Positions 43,483-53,668 of a stretch of DNA of 53,668 nt are shown in pieces. The position numbers were made by a program, and so were the translations under genes. The stretch comes from a virus. Its lineage: Duplodnaviria > Caudoviricetes. How positions within the stretch are numbered: the stretch's first letter is position 1; each line of letters begins with the position of its first letter. The notes beneath the pieces were generated by a model. It was not told the DNA's origin and made no database searches. It saw only the letters and a list, made by a program, of their open reading frames with translations. Location of the stretch: the IMG/VR virus record IMGVR_UViG_3300036546_000216, positions 1 through 53,668 of that record; one strand, given 5' to 3'.

Positions 43483-46400
43483 ATGGCCGCCAAGGTACAA
43501 CTCGATATAGAAAGCAAGGCGAATACACAGGCTCTCAAGCAGGCGATTGCAGACCTTGAGAAGCTGGGCATAGCTGGAAAGTCAACGAACCAAGTGTTCC
43601 GTCAGACCAACGACCTTGAGGGTTACAAGGCGGCTCTCGTCAAATCCTATGAGACAGCCCGCACGTTCGGCGACCAGATGAAGGCCACCAGAACCGCATT
43701 TTCCGACACCAGCAAGGCCATCAAGGCCGCCCAAGCCTATCTTGGCGAGAACAAGAATAATATGTTCAGGTTCATCGACGAGAAGGGTGTGCAACAGCAG
43801 ACGCGCGACATGGCCTTGATTGAGAAGCAGATTCGAGGTTTCCTCGGCAATGTTATTTCCGATACAGAGAACTACCAGCAATCCATTACCCGTAATATGG
43901 GTGAGTTTATGGATGCTGACAAATTCACCAAGGGCCTTCAGAAAACCTCTGACGCCTACAAGCTCATGGGTAACGACCTTGGTGCTGTGCAGTACAAGAT
44001 GACTGCCATCCAGCAACAGGTGCTTGACATGACCGCTTCACATGCCGACCCCGAGGAAATACAGAAGCTCGCAACCGAGTACAAGAAACTCACCAAGGAA
44101 CATGAGGAACTGGCCAAAGCGCAGAACGGCACCAGCACACGCATCAAGCACCTAATCAAGAACTTCGTATCTGCCCAGCTCATCGTCTGGGCACTCCGCA
44201 GTGCGTTCTCCGCCCTCACAAACGGGGTAAAGGAATCCTCCAAAGCGGCGGCAGAGGCTGAACAGACCTTCGGGCGTTTCGATGCCGTGTTCGAGGGCCT
44301 TGAGCGTGCAAATACAGCAATAGGAAACATGGTGGACAATTTCGGCGTTGCCAAGTCGTCCGCAGCAGATATTCTTTCATCCATCGGCAACACAGCCCTC
44401 GGGTTCGGAGCTTCCGCCATGGAAGCCGCGCAGTTCTCAGAAACAGTCGCCGCTTCCCTTTCAGACCTCATGGCCTTTCGTGACGTACAGGGTTCAATAT
44501 CCGATTTCGCACAGCGGTTCATGAGTGGTGCATCAGGAAACGTCGAGAACTTCCGCTCGCTCGGATCCATCGTACGCCAGAGTATGGTTGACCTCGAACT
44601 CCAGAAGAACGGCTGGGAGAACCTTACAGGCCAAGCCCTCGAATGGGCCAAGGTGCAGGCACGCGTAAACATCGTGTTCGAGCAACAGCGCAAGGCTATG
44701 GGTGCCACCGAGCGTGAGTGGGATACCTTGTTGTCCATCCAGCGTCGCAACAAGGAACAGACCAAGGAGATGAAAGAGAATATCGGCGAAACGGTCAACC
44801 AATTCTTCAAGCCCATGAGTGAGTGGATCCTCACCCTCAAGGAAAACTGGAATGCGGCCGCCGAGGCAAACGAGAATTATAACAAGGGCGTGTACGATCC
44901 ATCAGCAGACAAATCCTTTGCCAAGACACCTACCGCAAGAGTTCTGCGCCAAGACCTTGTATCCGAACGAAATCTTCAAGCAAATGCTATGTCAAGTGGC
45001 GTAGGTGGAAGCTTTGATCTTGATCAGGTGGATATCGAGGATTTTGCTAGACGTTTTGGTGCCACCCTAAGATATACCGCTGAGATAGCACAAGAAGTAG
45101 GTTTCACCATCACAGATTCAGTCTGGGAACAGATTGACGCATATGACGCATATATCAAAACCCTCAACGACTACAAGAAAGCTGAGGATGATCGCATTGC
45201 CACTTCCCAAGCGGCCGCCGACGCACTCAAGGATTTTTCCGCAGACATTGGTGCCATGATGAACCTTGGGCGCTCTGGAGGAATGCCTGATGTCATGGAT
45301 TATGTGGGGAAGCCCTCCGGTGACTTTGTTTCTCCTCTTGAGCGCCTGCTTGGGTTTGAGGGTGGTGAGGAAGCCGAGCTAGAGGCCAAGATCAAAGGTC
45401 TCTCAAACATGGTAGAGTCATTGTTCAATGCCAGCATCTCCGGCTCCACTGATTACATCCGCACACAAGCATCCGAGATGCTCACTGTGGTTGCCTCAGC
45501 CCTTGGTGAAGCCAAGAAGGCTAAAGCCGCCATGGAGAGTGCCACCAACTACAACAAGGCCAAGAGTGGCATCGAGGACGAGCTTGCCTCCATGCAGAAG
45601 CGCAATGAGCTTGAGGCGCAGTACGGCAAGGACAACGAGGATATCATCAACATCAAGCTCCAGCAGTGGCAGGCGGAGCAGAACGCACTCGAACTCTTCA
45701 AGGAACGCTTGAGTGCCACAGGTGACGGCAAGAAATCCTATCAGGAATATCTCGACCTCATGAAGCTCATCTCCCAGCAATACGGCATCCAGCTCGACCT
45801 TGCTGAGGATTTGGCGAAGGCCGCCAAGGATGCTGCCGCCGAACAAGCCAAGGAATCAGCCTCCGACATGTTCACAGCCGCTTCCAGGGAACTCTCTTAC
45901 CTTGGTTCTGACGGCGACGCCTTGAAGCAACAAGATGAAATCAACGACAAGGTTGAAGAGTATAAGAACCATCTGGTCGAATCCGGCAAATCCTTGGAGG
46001 ATGCAGCAGAGCAGGCAAAGAAATATCGCGCGGTGCTGGTATCGATCAATGAGACAACCGAGTCGAACAAGGACAAGGAACTCGCAGATTCGCTTCTTGA
46101 GTCCTACCAAGACCGCAATGACAGTCTCACTGAAGAACTCGAACTCATGAAGTATCGTGCGGCTCTTGAAGGCCGGTATGCCGAGGATGAGAAAGGCATC
46201 GTAGACCTCTTGGTTCAGCAGAAGCAACAGCAAGCTGCCGCCCTCGCCTTCAGGCAGCAACAAGTCAAGGCTGGTATGGATGCCGCCCTTGCTTTCAGCC
46301 AGTACATCGACAACCTCCTTCTCATCAACCAGATTCACGAGATGAACCTCGACCTGCTTGAGAAACAGATACAAGCCGCCAAAGACCTGAAAGTCGAACA

Positions 46401-48630
46401 AGCCAAGGACAGTGCAACGGACATGTTCACCGTTGCTTCAAGGGAACTCTCCTATCTTGGCCCGAACGGCGACACCTTGAAGGCTCAAGATGACATGAAT
46501 GACAAGGTTGCTGAGTATGAGAAACACCTCAAGCTCTTCATAGCCGATGAGAAAACCCGTACTGATATGGCTCTGGCTTATAAGAAGATTCTTGAGGATA
46601 CAGCCAAAACAGAAGCCGATAATACTTCAGCAGACAAAGCCGATTCCCTGCTCAAGTCATATACCGACCGTAACGCAAGCCTCTCTGAAGAGTTGGGCTT
46701 GATGTTGTATCGTGCCTCCATCGAGGGCCAATTTGCAGAGGATGAACAAGGCATTCTTGACCTCATGGTACAAAGAGAGAAAAAAGAAGCTGACGCTCTG
46801 GCTTTCAGGGACAAGCAGGTTGAGAAAGGCATGGACGCGGTAGAGGCTGAGGTTCAGTACCAGATTGAGCTCAACAAGATTGCAACCATCCACAATATCA
46901 ATCTTGGACTCCTTGAGGACCAGATTGCGGCTGCACGCACCCTAGCTAAGGAACAAGCAGATGCCAGTGCACAGGAGATGTTCACGGCGGCCACAAGGGC
47001 TGTGTCTTATCTTGGCGAGGATGGGGATGCCCTGAGAAAGCAAGATGAAATGAACGACAGGGTTGCCGACTATAACAAGTTGCTGGAGGATGCTGGCTAC
47101 AAGGAAGAGGAACGTGCCCAGATGGCGGCTGACTATGTAGCCCTCCTTGAAGAGGCCGCCCGCATCGAAGGGGAGAACGCCGACAAGAAAACCGCAGAGG
47201 ACTTCACCAAGGGTTTCCAGAGTCGTGTGGACGCCTTGCAGAAAACCTATGACTCCTTGGTGCTTATCAGCAACCTCGAGAAGCAATATGGATCCGAACG
47301 TGCCGCAATCGAGCAGAAGAGCATCGAGGCACAACAGGAAGCATGGCGGTACATGAAACAGCAGACCGACGAGGGTATGAAAGCAGAAGAGGCCATGAGC
47401 TTCTATCTCCAGTCCGTACAGCTCATCACCGCCGAATACCAACTTCAGCTTGACCTCTTGGAAGAGCAGGAGCGTGTCAAGCGTTCCGAGGCGCTGGAGA
47501 GTGCCGCCAAGTCCATCGCAGGGGTCAAGGATGAGCGTGCCCTTATCGGGTCATCCGATGCACAAAAGACCCAAGCAAGAATCGACGAGCAGGTATATGC
47601 CTTCGCCGAAGCAATGGTGCAGGGAAACGCCAAGTTCTCCGATGTCATGGAACAGACCGCCGAGTACCGTAGACAGCTTGAGATGCAAGCCGCCGAGGAA
47701 GCCCGTCAAGCGGTCTGGGACGGCATCAAGAGCCAGTGGGAAGGCACAGGCGACGTCGGCATGATAAGTGGCTGGGTGGATGCGTTCGCAGATGGTGGAC
47801 CGATGGCCGGCATTGCGCAAGTTGCAACCGACCTGCTCACCAGCTTCGAGAGCGTGAACGAACTGCTTTCGATCGTGACCAAGTTCATCGAATATGTGGC
47901 CCCTGCGGTAGACCAGTTCCTTGCCCCGCTTATGCCGGTGCTGGAGATACTTGTGTCCATCATTGCCGACATGATATTGCCATACCTCCAGATTTTGTTC
48001 CCAATCATACAACAGCTATCCGTGGCACTTATATTTGTCACGGCGGTTGTAAAGACCGTTACCAACTCCCTGAGTTGGCTGGTGGATTCGATTGCCACGG
48101 CTGTATACAACATTGCCCATCCGTTCCGTCAGCGCGATTTCCGCGACCTCGGGGATGAAACTGCCGACATCTGGAGAGATTCCAATGAGAAGGTAGCCGA
48201 GATTATGAACATGGAACTGGACACCCGCATGGAGTTTGTTGACCAGCTCACTGAAGCCCAGCAGGGCCAGCTTGACGCCTACAACGAGATGTTCAAGGCT
48301 GGTCTGATCACCCTAACCGAGTACAACGCCATGGTCGGAAAGAACGTCTACGGTAAGAACTACGACAACGTGGACATCAAATCCTTCGCCTCGGGTGGAG
48401 ACTTCGTGACCAACGGGGAGCAAATCATCAGAGTCGGAGAGGCAGGGAGAGAGCGTGTGACCGTCACCCCATTGAACTCCGTGGGCCTTGCAAGCCATGG
48501 GGGAATGCAGGTGAACAATGCGACCTACTCGGTGGTGGTCAATGGCGCAAGCGGAGACCCTGAAGAGATTGCGATGGCTGTACGGCGTGAACTGAAGCGC
48601 ATGGAAAGAAGGGGGGTGAGGTATGCCTGA
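43483..48630 (+). CDS. Tape measure protein
   Basis: About 1715 aa, helical, internal repeats, C-terminal FASGG...VGEAGRE.V.PL. Confidence 0.92.
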   Translation: MAAKVQLDIESKANTQALKQAIADLEKLGIAGKSTNQVFRQTNDLEGYKAALVKSYETARTFGDQMKATRTAFSDTSKAIKAAQAYLGENKNNMFRFIDEKGVQQQTRDMALIEKQIRGFLGNVISDTENYQQSITRNMGEFMDADKFTKGLQKTSDAYKLMGNDLGAVQYKMTAIQQQVLDMTASHADPEEIQKLATEYKKLTKEHEELAKAQNGTSTRIKHLIKNFVSAQLIVWALRSAFSALTNGVKESSKAAAEAEQTFGRFDAVFEGLERANTAIGNMVDNFGVAKSSAADILSSIGNTALGFGASAMEAAQFSETVAASLSDLMAFRDVQGSISDFAQRFMSGASGNVENFRSLGSIVRQSMVDLELQKNGWENLTGQALEWAKVQARVNIVFEQQRKAMGATEREWDTLLSIQRRNKEQTKEMKENIGETVNQFFKPMSEWILTLKENWNAAAEANENYNKGVYDPSADKSFAKTPTARVLRQDLVSERNLQANAMSSGVGGSFDLDQVDIEDFARRFGATLRYTAEIAQEVGFTITDSVWEQIDAYDAYIKTLNDYKKAEDDRIATSQAAADALKDFSADIGAMMNLGRSGGMPDVMDYVGKPSGDFVSPLERLLGFEGGEEAELEAKIKGLSNMVESLFNASISGSTDYIRTQASEMLTVVASALGEAKKAKAAMESATNYNKAKSGIEDELASMQKRNELEAQYGKDNEDIINIKLQQWQAEQNALELFKERLSATGDGKKSYQEYLDLMKLISQQYGIQLDLAEDLAKAAKDAAAEQAKESASDMFTAASRELSYLGSDGDALKQQDEINDKVEEYKNHLVESGKSLEDAAEQAKKYRAVLVSINETTESNKDKELADSLLESYQDRNDSLTEELELMKYRAALEGRYAEDEKGIVDLLVQQKQQQAAALAFRQQQVKAGMDAALAFSQYIDNLLLINQIHEMNLDLLEKQIQAAKDLKVEQAKDSATDMFTVASRELSYLGPNGDTLKAQDDMNDKVAEYEKHLKLFIADEKTRTDMALAYKKILEDTAKTEADNTSADKADSLLKSYTDRNASLSEELGLMLYRASIEGQFAEDEQGILDLMVQREKKEADALAFRDKQVEKGMDAVEAEVQYQIELNKIATIHNINLGLLEDQIAAARTLAKEQADASAQEMFTAATRAVSYLGEDGDALRKQDEMNDRVADYNKLLEDAGYKEEERAQMAADYVALLEEAARIEGENADKKTAEDFTKGFQSRVDALQKTYDSLVLISNLEKQYGSERAAIEQKSIEAQQEAWRYMKQQTDEGMKAEEAMSFYLQSVQLITAEYQLQLDLLEEQERVKRSEALESAAKSIAGVKDERALIGSSDAQKTQARIDEQVYAFAEAMVQGNAKFSDVMEQTAEYRRQLEMQAAEEARQAVWDGIKSQWEGTGDVGMISGWVDAFADGGPMAGIAQVATDLLTSFESVNELLSIVTKFIEYVAPAVDQFLAPLMPVLEILVSIIADMILPYLQILFPIIQQLSVALIFVTAVVKTVTNSLSWLVDSIATAVYNIAHPFRQRDFRDLGDETADIWRDSNEKVAEIMNMELDTRMEFVDQLTEAQQGQLDAYNEMFKAGLITLTEYNAMVGKNVYGKNYDNVDIKSFASGGDFVTNGEQIIRVGEAGRERVTVTPLNSVGLASHGGMQVNNATYSVVVNGASGDPEEIAMAVRRELKRMERRGVRYA

Positions 48631-51600
48631 TGTCGGATATTTCGGACTGACCTACGAGCTGCTCTTTGAGGGCGACCCCGCTTGGACGGACATAACAGCT
48701 CTTGTGGACTCCAGAACCACCAAGATTGACGTGGCCGGTTGCTCGGAGGATTTGAAGAGCGTCATTAATAAATGCTCCTTCGAGATGCGCTATAACACCA
48801 ACCCTTCCAAGGCCGTGCATTCCACGATCGTTGGAAAGATTCTGTCTGCAAAACAGGCCGGCAAGACCGTGCAGTTCCGCATGGGTGGCATAGCTACGTT
48901 TGTAGGCAAGGTTGACATCGGATCATTCTCACAGAAGAACGGGCGCATCCCTGGCTTCCTTACCGTCACCGTCGAGGACAACTCCTACCTCCTGGATAAG
49001 GTCATGGACACCAGCTTCGAGTACCCTGACAACTCAGACCTTGACGACGAGGGTTGGGCGGTGTTCGACAAGGCCAACCTTGCACAGTCTGTAGTCATGC
49101 TCCGATTCTTGGATGCAGGCTACACCATAGACCAGATAGACCTCACCTCTTCCGATTCCATCACCGAGAAAGTAAGGCGTGTCGTGTATGATGCAGATGA
49201 CGAGCGCACGTATAGGGAAGTGCTCGATACTCTCCTGTTCGAGCATTGCGCCGTCATCTACACCACACCCGAAGGCAAGCTGTCGGTCAGACGGTTGTAC
49301 CGTGAGACTCCTACCTCCGAGCGTTCCGTCGAGGAATTTCTCGTAAACGACGGCATTGAGACCGGCAGTGGCGACTATGCCTACGATGGTGTGAAGGTCG
49401 TATGGTCGAACCTCTCAAGGCTCAACGGGGCGGTTGTCTACAATGCCAACATCACCATGAAGCTGGATGACGAGGGCAATCGTGAGGGCGAGGAGATCCA
49501 GCCACATCATTACTGGCCCGAGGATGGCGACATCGAGGAGACATGGCAGGAGTTCAACGCCACTTTCCTTGACCGTCCATACCAGACAAAGGTAAGTCGT
49601 GTAAAGAACAAGGACTTGTCCCTCATCAGCGTCAAGAACGCCTACTACGAGGTAGACAAGGACGCGGAGATACTGCTTGCCAACAACCCCCCGGAGATTG
49701 AGCCTACGAAGGCCAGAGTGCTCTGGTGGAACTCCCACAGCACCGATGTGAAGAAGCTCTACGGCTTCACCATCGTCGGGGATGCACTCTTCAGGAGCAA
49801 ACTGAACGAGGCCACCTATCCGACCGATGCCAAGAAGCTGGACGATGCCTATGAGACCGAGTTTATCTACACCTCAGAAGCGGCCGCAAAGCTCGCCAAC
49901 CATCTCCATCGCTTCCGCAAGTATGGCGACCTCCAGCACAAGTGGTCTGAAATCGGCGTGGAGACTCCCATGTTCCAAGTGGTTACGGTCAGTGCTCCCG
50001 ACACCCTCATATCCTCCTTGGGAATGGTCATCAGCCAAAGCATATCATTCCCCGCCCCGAACAAGATAAAGCGGTCGAACAGTGCAATCGGAATCACCGC
50101 CTTCAACAGCGAACCCGTAAAGACACGTTCCATTCAGCTCGGCGGCGCTCCTGTGAACACAGGGCCTGCGGGATCAAGTGGAACCCGTTCGGTCGTCCAG
50201 TTCATTCTTGGTACGGCAAACGGGCCTTATGCCGATGCGGGAAACGTTGTGGGAACAGACACAGCCATTGTCGGCACATCCTTGGCCCTTCTGGGTGTGG
50301 ATGGGGCACAGTGGGCATATGAGGCCCCAACCCCCGATGCTGGTGAGTATGTGTGGCGGCGTGAGGGCTACTACACTCCCCCAGAGGTGTGGCCGAAGGT
50401 CTGGAATATCACGCGCATGACGGGGGCATCCTCGTTTGGTTTGACCTTGCACCCATCGGCTTTGACCATCCCCGTAAGCAGCCGAGGTGTTCCTTATGGT
50501 GGTGACATCACCATCAGTGCGGTGTTCCAGAACATCCCTTCGACCTACGAGATTACATGGGAAATTGTAGGTGCATCGTTCGTGGATGAGGGGACGAATG
50601 TGTCAAAGGTTGTGGATGTGACAACCCTCACTGGAGATACAGTGCTGGTGACGGCTTCTGTGTTATTTGGCGGAACCACCTACAACGCACCGTATGTAAC
50701 ACTTACCAAAGTAGCTGATGGGAAGCCAGCACCCGTGTATATCGGGAAGAGCCATTCAATTCCACTTGACGTAGGCGGTGAGCCGGTCATTAAAGGTGAC
50801 TTCTTCATTGTGGATGAGGAATTTACGGTTGGCGCAACCACCTACAAAGCAGGAGAGGTTTGGGAGTACAGTGGCACAGTATGGGTACTCAGTGACAGCG
50901 CCATGAAAGCCATTGATGCAATGGATGATTTTGTTGACATCAAATTGCAAGACCCATCGGCAGTTGATGAAGGCATATTCTGTGAGGTTGTAGCCAAGAA
51001 AATCATGGCTCAAGAAGCGGTGATAACCGAAATCGGCACCAAGGAAATAACGCTCAAGACTGGAGGCAAGATACAATCAAAGGTGTATATCCCTGGTGTA
51101 ACTGGTTTTATGTTTAGTGCTGATGGTACATTAAATGCCATCAATGCCGCGCTTGTATCTGGTGTGTTCACAGGAAATCTTGACAGCCCACCGCTGACTA
51201 CAACAAACGAGGGTACGCTTGGGAGTGCGATCACATTCAATGCTTTTTCACACTGGAAGGTCAATGATGTATACAATGCTTTAAGTGCAAGTCTTACACC
51301 AGCTATATGGAACACAATAACAGGCTCATACAATGGCACAAGCCTTGTAAAAGCACTGATTACATCTACTGCTATCAATGTAGTGGAGTATGATACTGGC
51401 GCCGTGAATAGTGAAAGTAATAATTTAATATATACATTTACCACTCAATATGCTGGTAATTATAAGTTTGATGGAGTTTTGAGAGATTTGTATGACGTTC
51501 AAGCAGGAGACTTATACCCTGAGCAATTTAGCTTGTACATAGATGGTTCACTGATTATAGATGGATGGAGAGGAATACCATCTTATACATATGCCATTGC

Positions 51601-52444
51601 AGCTGGCAAAGAGATAAAGGCCATTTTCCATGGAGATTATGGGGAAGGATTTGGCACAACCTTGGAGACTTATTCTCTTCGTTTCAAAGTATTGTCTATA
51701 ATAAGTGCAGGGGTGTCTGTACGTACTTCGAATACATTATATAATTTTCCACCATCATATTATTATTCAAGTGTAAATAGATTGATAATAAATTCCCCAT
51801 CAATAGACACTGCATCGTCAACGTACAAAAAGTATGCAAAAGCAACGGCATTCCTTTCCGGTGTTTCCTCGTATACGTTGAACATGTTCAAAACTGCACA
51901 AGGCACAGTATCGATAGATGGAGCAAATAAAACAATAAACGGTGTAATGAAAACAAGCACAGGGATGACTGTATTCCACAATACTGGTTCAGTAGCATTG
52001 ATAGCGGCTACATCCGACCCAGGTTCTTCTGGCTATTATAACATTTCTGGTTCATACCAAGTGCAGGCCACCATAGAAGGAGCAGACACAAAGAATCTGA
52101 ATGCAAAGGCAGTGGATACATACTCAATAGGTACAATAAAACGTTATCTAAACATAACTGCAAAGACAATGATTGCAGAAACATTCGATGATTCATCATC
52201 GAGAGAAAAGAAAAAAGACATTACCCCATTTTTGGATTCTGCGCTTGAAATACTTGGGCAAGTTCAAGTGGTCAACTATCGGTATAAGAGTGAGACAGAT
52301 GAATATTTGCATACTGGATTTATCGCAGAGGACACTCCACAAGCACTTACCGGTGCTGGGCACAAATCAATGAGCCTTGGAGACAACATCGGCATGCTCA
52401 TAAAAGCAGTGCAGGAATTATATGAATTGGTAAAAGGAGACTAA
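48623..52444 (+). CDS. Tail tip/central fibre protein with C-terminal S74 chaperone domain
   Basis: Follows the tape measure; SSREKKKDI...GFIAED...LIKAVQEL. Confidence 0.8.
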   Translation: MPDVGYFGLTYELLFEGDPAWTDITALVDSRTTKIDVAGCSEDLKSVINKCSFEMRYNTNPSKAVHSTIVGKILSAKQAGKTVQFRMGGIATFVGKVDIGSFSQKNGRIPGFLTVTVEDNSYLLDKVMDTSFEYPDNSDLDDEGWAVFDKANLAQSVVMLRFLDAGYTIDQIDLTSSDSITEKVRRVVYDADDERTYREVLDTLLFEHCAVIYTTPEGKLSVRRLYRETPTSERSVEEFLVNDGIETGSGDYAYDGVKVVWSNLSRLNGAVVYNANITMKLDDEGNREGEEIQPHHYWPEDGDIEETWQEFNATFLDRPYQTKVSRVKNKDLSLISVKNAYYEVDKDAEILLANNPPEIEPTKARVLWWNSHSTDVKKLYGFTIVGDALFRSKLNEATYPTDAKKLDDAYETEFIYTSEAAAKLANHLHRFRKYGDLQHKWSEIGVETPMFQVVTVSAPDTLISSLGMVISQSISFPAPNKIKRSNSAIGITAFNSEPVKTRSIQLGGAPVNTGPAGSSGTRSVVQFILGTANGPYADAGNVVGTDTAIVGTSLALLGVDGAQWAYEAPTPDAGEYVWRREGYYTPPEVWPKVWNITRMTGASSFGLTLHPSALTIPVSSRGVPYGGDITISAVFQNIPSTYEITWEIVGASFVDEGTNVSKVVDVTTLTGDTVLVTASVLFGGTTYNAPYVTLTKVADGKPAPVYIGKSHSIPLDVGGEPVIKGDFFIVDEEFTVGATTYKAGEVWEYSGTVWVLSDSAMKAIDAMDDFVDIKLQDPSAVDEGIFCEVVAKKIMAQEAVITEIGTKEITLKTGGKIQSKVYIPGVTGFMFSADGTLNAINAALVSGVFTGNLDSPPLTTTNEGTLGSAITFNAFSHWKVNDVYNALSASLTPAIWNTITGSYNGTSLVKALITSTAINVVEYDTGAVNSESNNLIYTFTTQYAGNYKFDGVLRDLYDVQAGDLYPEQFSLYIDGSLIIDGWRGIPSYTYAIAAGKEIKAIFHGDYGEGFGTTLETYSLRFKVLSIISAGVSVRTSNTLYNFPPSYYYSSVNRLIINSPSIDTASSTYKKYAKATAFLSGVSSYTLNMFKTAQGTVSIDGANKTINGVMKTSTGMTVFHNTGSVALIAATSDPGSSGYYNISGSYQVQATIEGADTKNLNAKAVDTYSIGTIKRYLNITAKTMIAETFDDSSSREKKKDITPFLDSALEILGQVQVVNYRYKSETDEYLHTGFIAEDTPQALTGAGHKSMSLGDNIGMLIKAVQELYELVKGD

Positions 52445-52445
52445 G

Positions 52446-52739
52446 ATGCGTAAAATAATTATGGTGATTTTGTCAATTTCCCTTCTCACCTCTTGCTATT
52501 ATATCTGGCCTGTATATCCAGAAGAGGAACCGTATGAGGAAGATACCAGACAATATGCGTATGTCACATCTGCCAATCTGTTTGTTTACAAGGGAAGATC
52601 GTGTATTGCATGTAAAGCATTGCTCCCTGCCGAGATTTACAATCCAAACAACTACGCAATCACAGTAACAGCCGACGGCACCGATTACATCATAGCTCCG
52701 CTTGGAACACTGGAACTCAAGGAGGATAAGGCGAAATGA
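52446..52739 (+). CDS. Lipoprotein, possibly receptor-blocking
   Basis: MRK + hydrophobic core + LLTSC; follows the tail tip gene. Confidence 0.6.
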   Translation: MRKIIMVILSISLLTSCYYIWPVYPEEEPYEEDTRQYAYVTSANLFVYKGRSCIACKALLPAEIYNPNNYAITVTADGTDYIIAPLGTLELKEDKAK

Positions 52740-53056
52740 CAGACAGGGTAAAGACATCAATTAGCAAGGTAAGCGTGGCACTCGGCCTCATCATCACCAT
52801 CGTCACCCTTATTGCAGGGGGAGTGCGCATCGTGGACCTCACCAGTCAGACGGCCTCCACGGTGGCGATCTTGAGTGACCGCATAGAGGCCGAGCAGGCT
52901 GAGCGCATCATTCAGGACAGCATTCTCAAGGATGCAATCATGACCGAACGTGAGGAACGCAAAGCCGACAACAACAAGGTACTGGTCAAGCTGGCTGAAA
53001 TCGATACCCGTCTCCTGTATATCCAGCAGGGCGTGGACAACCTCAGCAACCGCTAG
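52736..53056 (+). CDS. Single-TM coiled-coil protein (holin/antiholin-like)
   Basis: N-terminal TM helix, coiled-coil tail. Confidence 0.5.
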   Translation: MTDRVKTSISKVSVALGLIITIVTLIAGGVRIVDLTSQTASTVAILSDRIEAEQAERIIQDSILKDAIMTEREERKADNNKVLVKLAEIDTRLLYIQQGVDNLSNR

Positions 53057-53086
53057 GCCGCATAGAAAGAGCAAAAGGAGCATACC

Positions 53087-53668
53087 ATGGCAGATCCCGC
53101 AATCCAGAGTATAAACCAGCATACGCAGAAAACCAGCCTCGACTGGCTATTAAACATCCTTGTCCAGCCATCCACAGGAACTGGCTCGGGCGTAGCACCT
53201 GCGGCCCATGAGCAGTACGGCCTGTCCCTCGACCTCTTGAGGCAAGCCTTGGTGGAGGTAGGAAATGTCGTGAACAACATCACCACTGAAATACCCGGTA
53301 AGGTGCTGGACGCACGGCAGGGGAATGCCTTGCGCATCCTGATCAACTCTGTTGCGGCCGGGGTGTTGTGGCAGGATCAAGTGATAGCCGTCAGCAATAC
53401 GCCTCCTGCATCTCCATCGGACGGGGACAGGTATATCGTCTCTACCGCTCCTACAGGAGCGTGGGAAGGCCATACAGGGGATGTGGCGGCCTATGAGACT
53501 GACGCATGGGCTTTTGCCACCCCGTCTGACCGGTGGGGAGTGTTCGTATACGACGATGCACAGTTTCTTTTATTCCATGAAGGGGTGTGGACGGTATTTG
53601 CCGACCTCGACCGCATCACAGAGATACTGCACGAAGCAGAGACCGCGAGAGATGCTATCCTTGAGAAT
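53087..53668 (+). CDS. Tail fibre-associated protein with DUF2793-like domain (3' truncated; not in ORF track)
   Basis: Hand translation MADPAIQS...NTPPASPSDGDRYIVSTAPTGAWEGH.GDVA; AAGGAG RBS. Confidence 0.75.
   Translation, partial: MADPAIQSINQHTQKTSLDWLLNILVQPSTGTGSGVAPAAHEQYGLSLDLLRQALVEVGNVVNNITTEIPGKVLDARQGNALRILINSVAAGVLWQDQVIAVSNTPPASPSDGDRYIVSTAPTGAWEGHTGDVAAYETDAWAFATPSDRWGVFVYDDAQFLLFHEGVWTVFADLDRITEILHEAETARDAILEN

Larger units (their letters stand above)
1..53668. mobile_element. Temperate lambda-like siphophage genome, excised/circularly permuted, nearly complete
   Basis: Integrase, attP, switch, replication, gpA-type terminase, portal, capsid, tape measure and tail genes are present; no host housekeeping genes; tail-fibre genes are truncated at both ends. 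Confidence 0.95.

Overview
The window is most of a temperate, lambda-like long-tailed phage genome in its excised, circularly permuted form: an intact attP (3' half of tRNA-Val(CAC)) lies between the lysis genes and a tyrosine integrase, and tail-fibre genes are cut at both window ends. A spirochaete host such as Sphaerochaeta is a tentative inference only. Gene order: tail-fibre chaperone; a lysis-position cassette (class-3 lipase, metallophosphoesterase, holin- and spanin-like genes, no recognisable endolysin); attP and integrase; about 8 kb of small mosaic genes joined by conserved linkers, with an embedded RNA cluster (an atypical tRNA-CAU and a 173-nt tRNA-like RNA); a compositionally distinct leftward region (12.7-19.7 kb) with strong promoters and several repeat families, ending at a lambda-cos-like site near 19.9 kb; a switch of two divergent Arc-like genes; recombination and replication genes; terminase genes inverted relative to the head operon; lambda-type head genes; tail genes. 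The strongest leads are the tRNA-like RNA, the endolysin-free lipase cassette, the putative first-ejected region next to a cos far from terminase, the 11-bp-phased operator regulon, and the linker-joined gene array. All family assignments come from motif recognition by eye, not from database searches.
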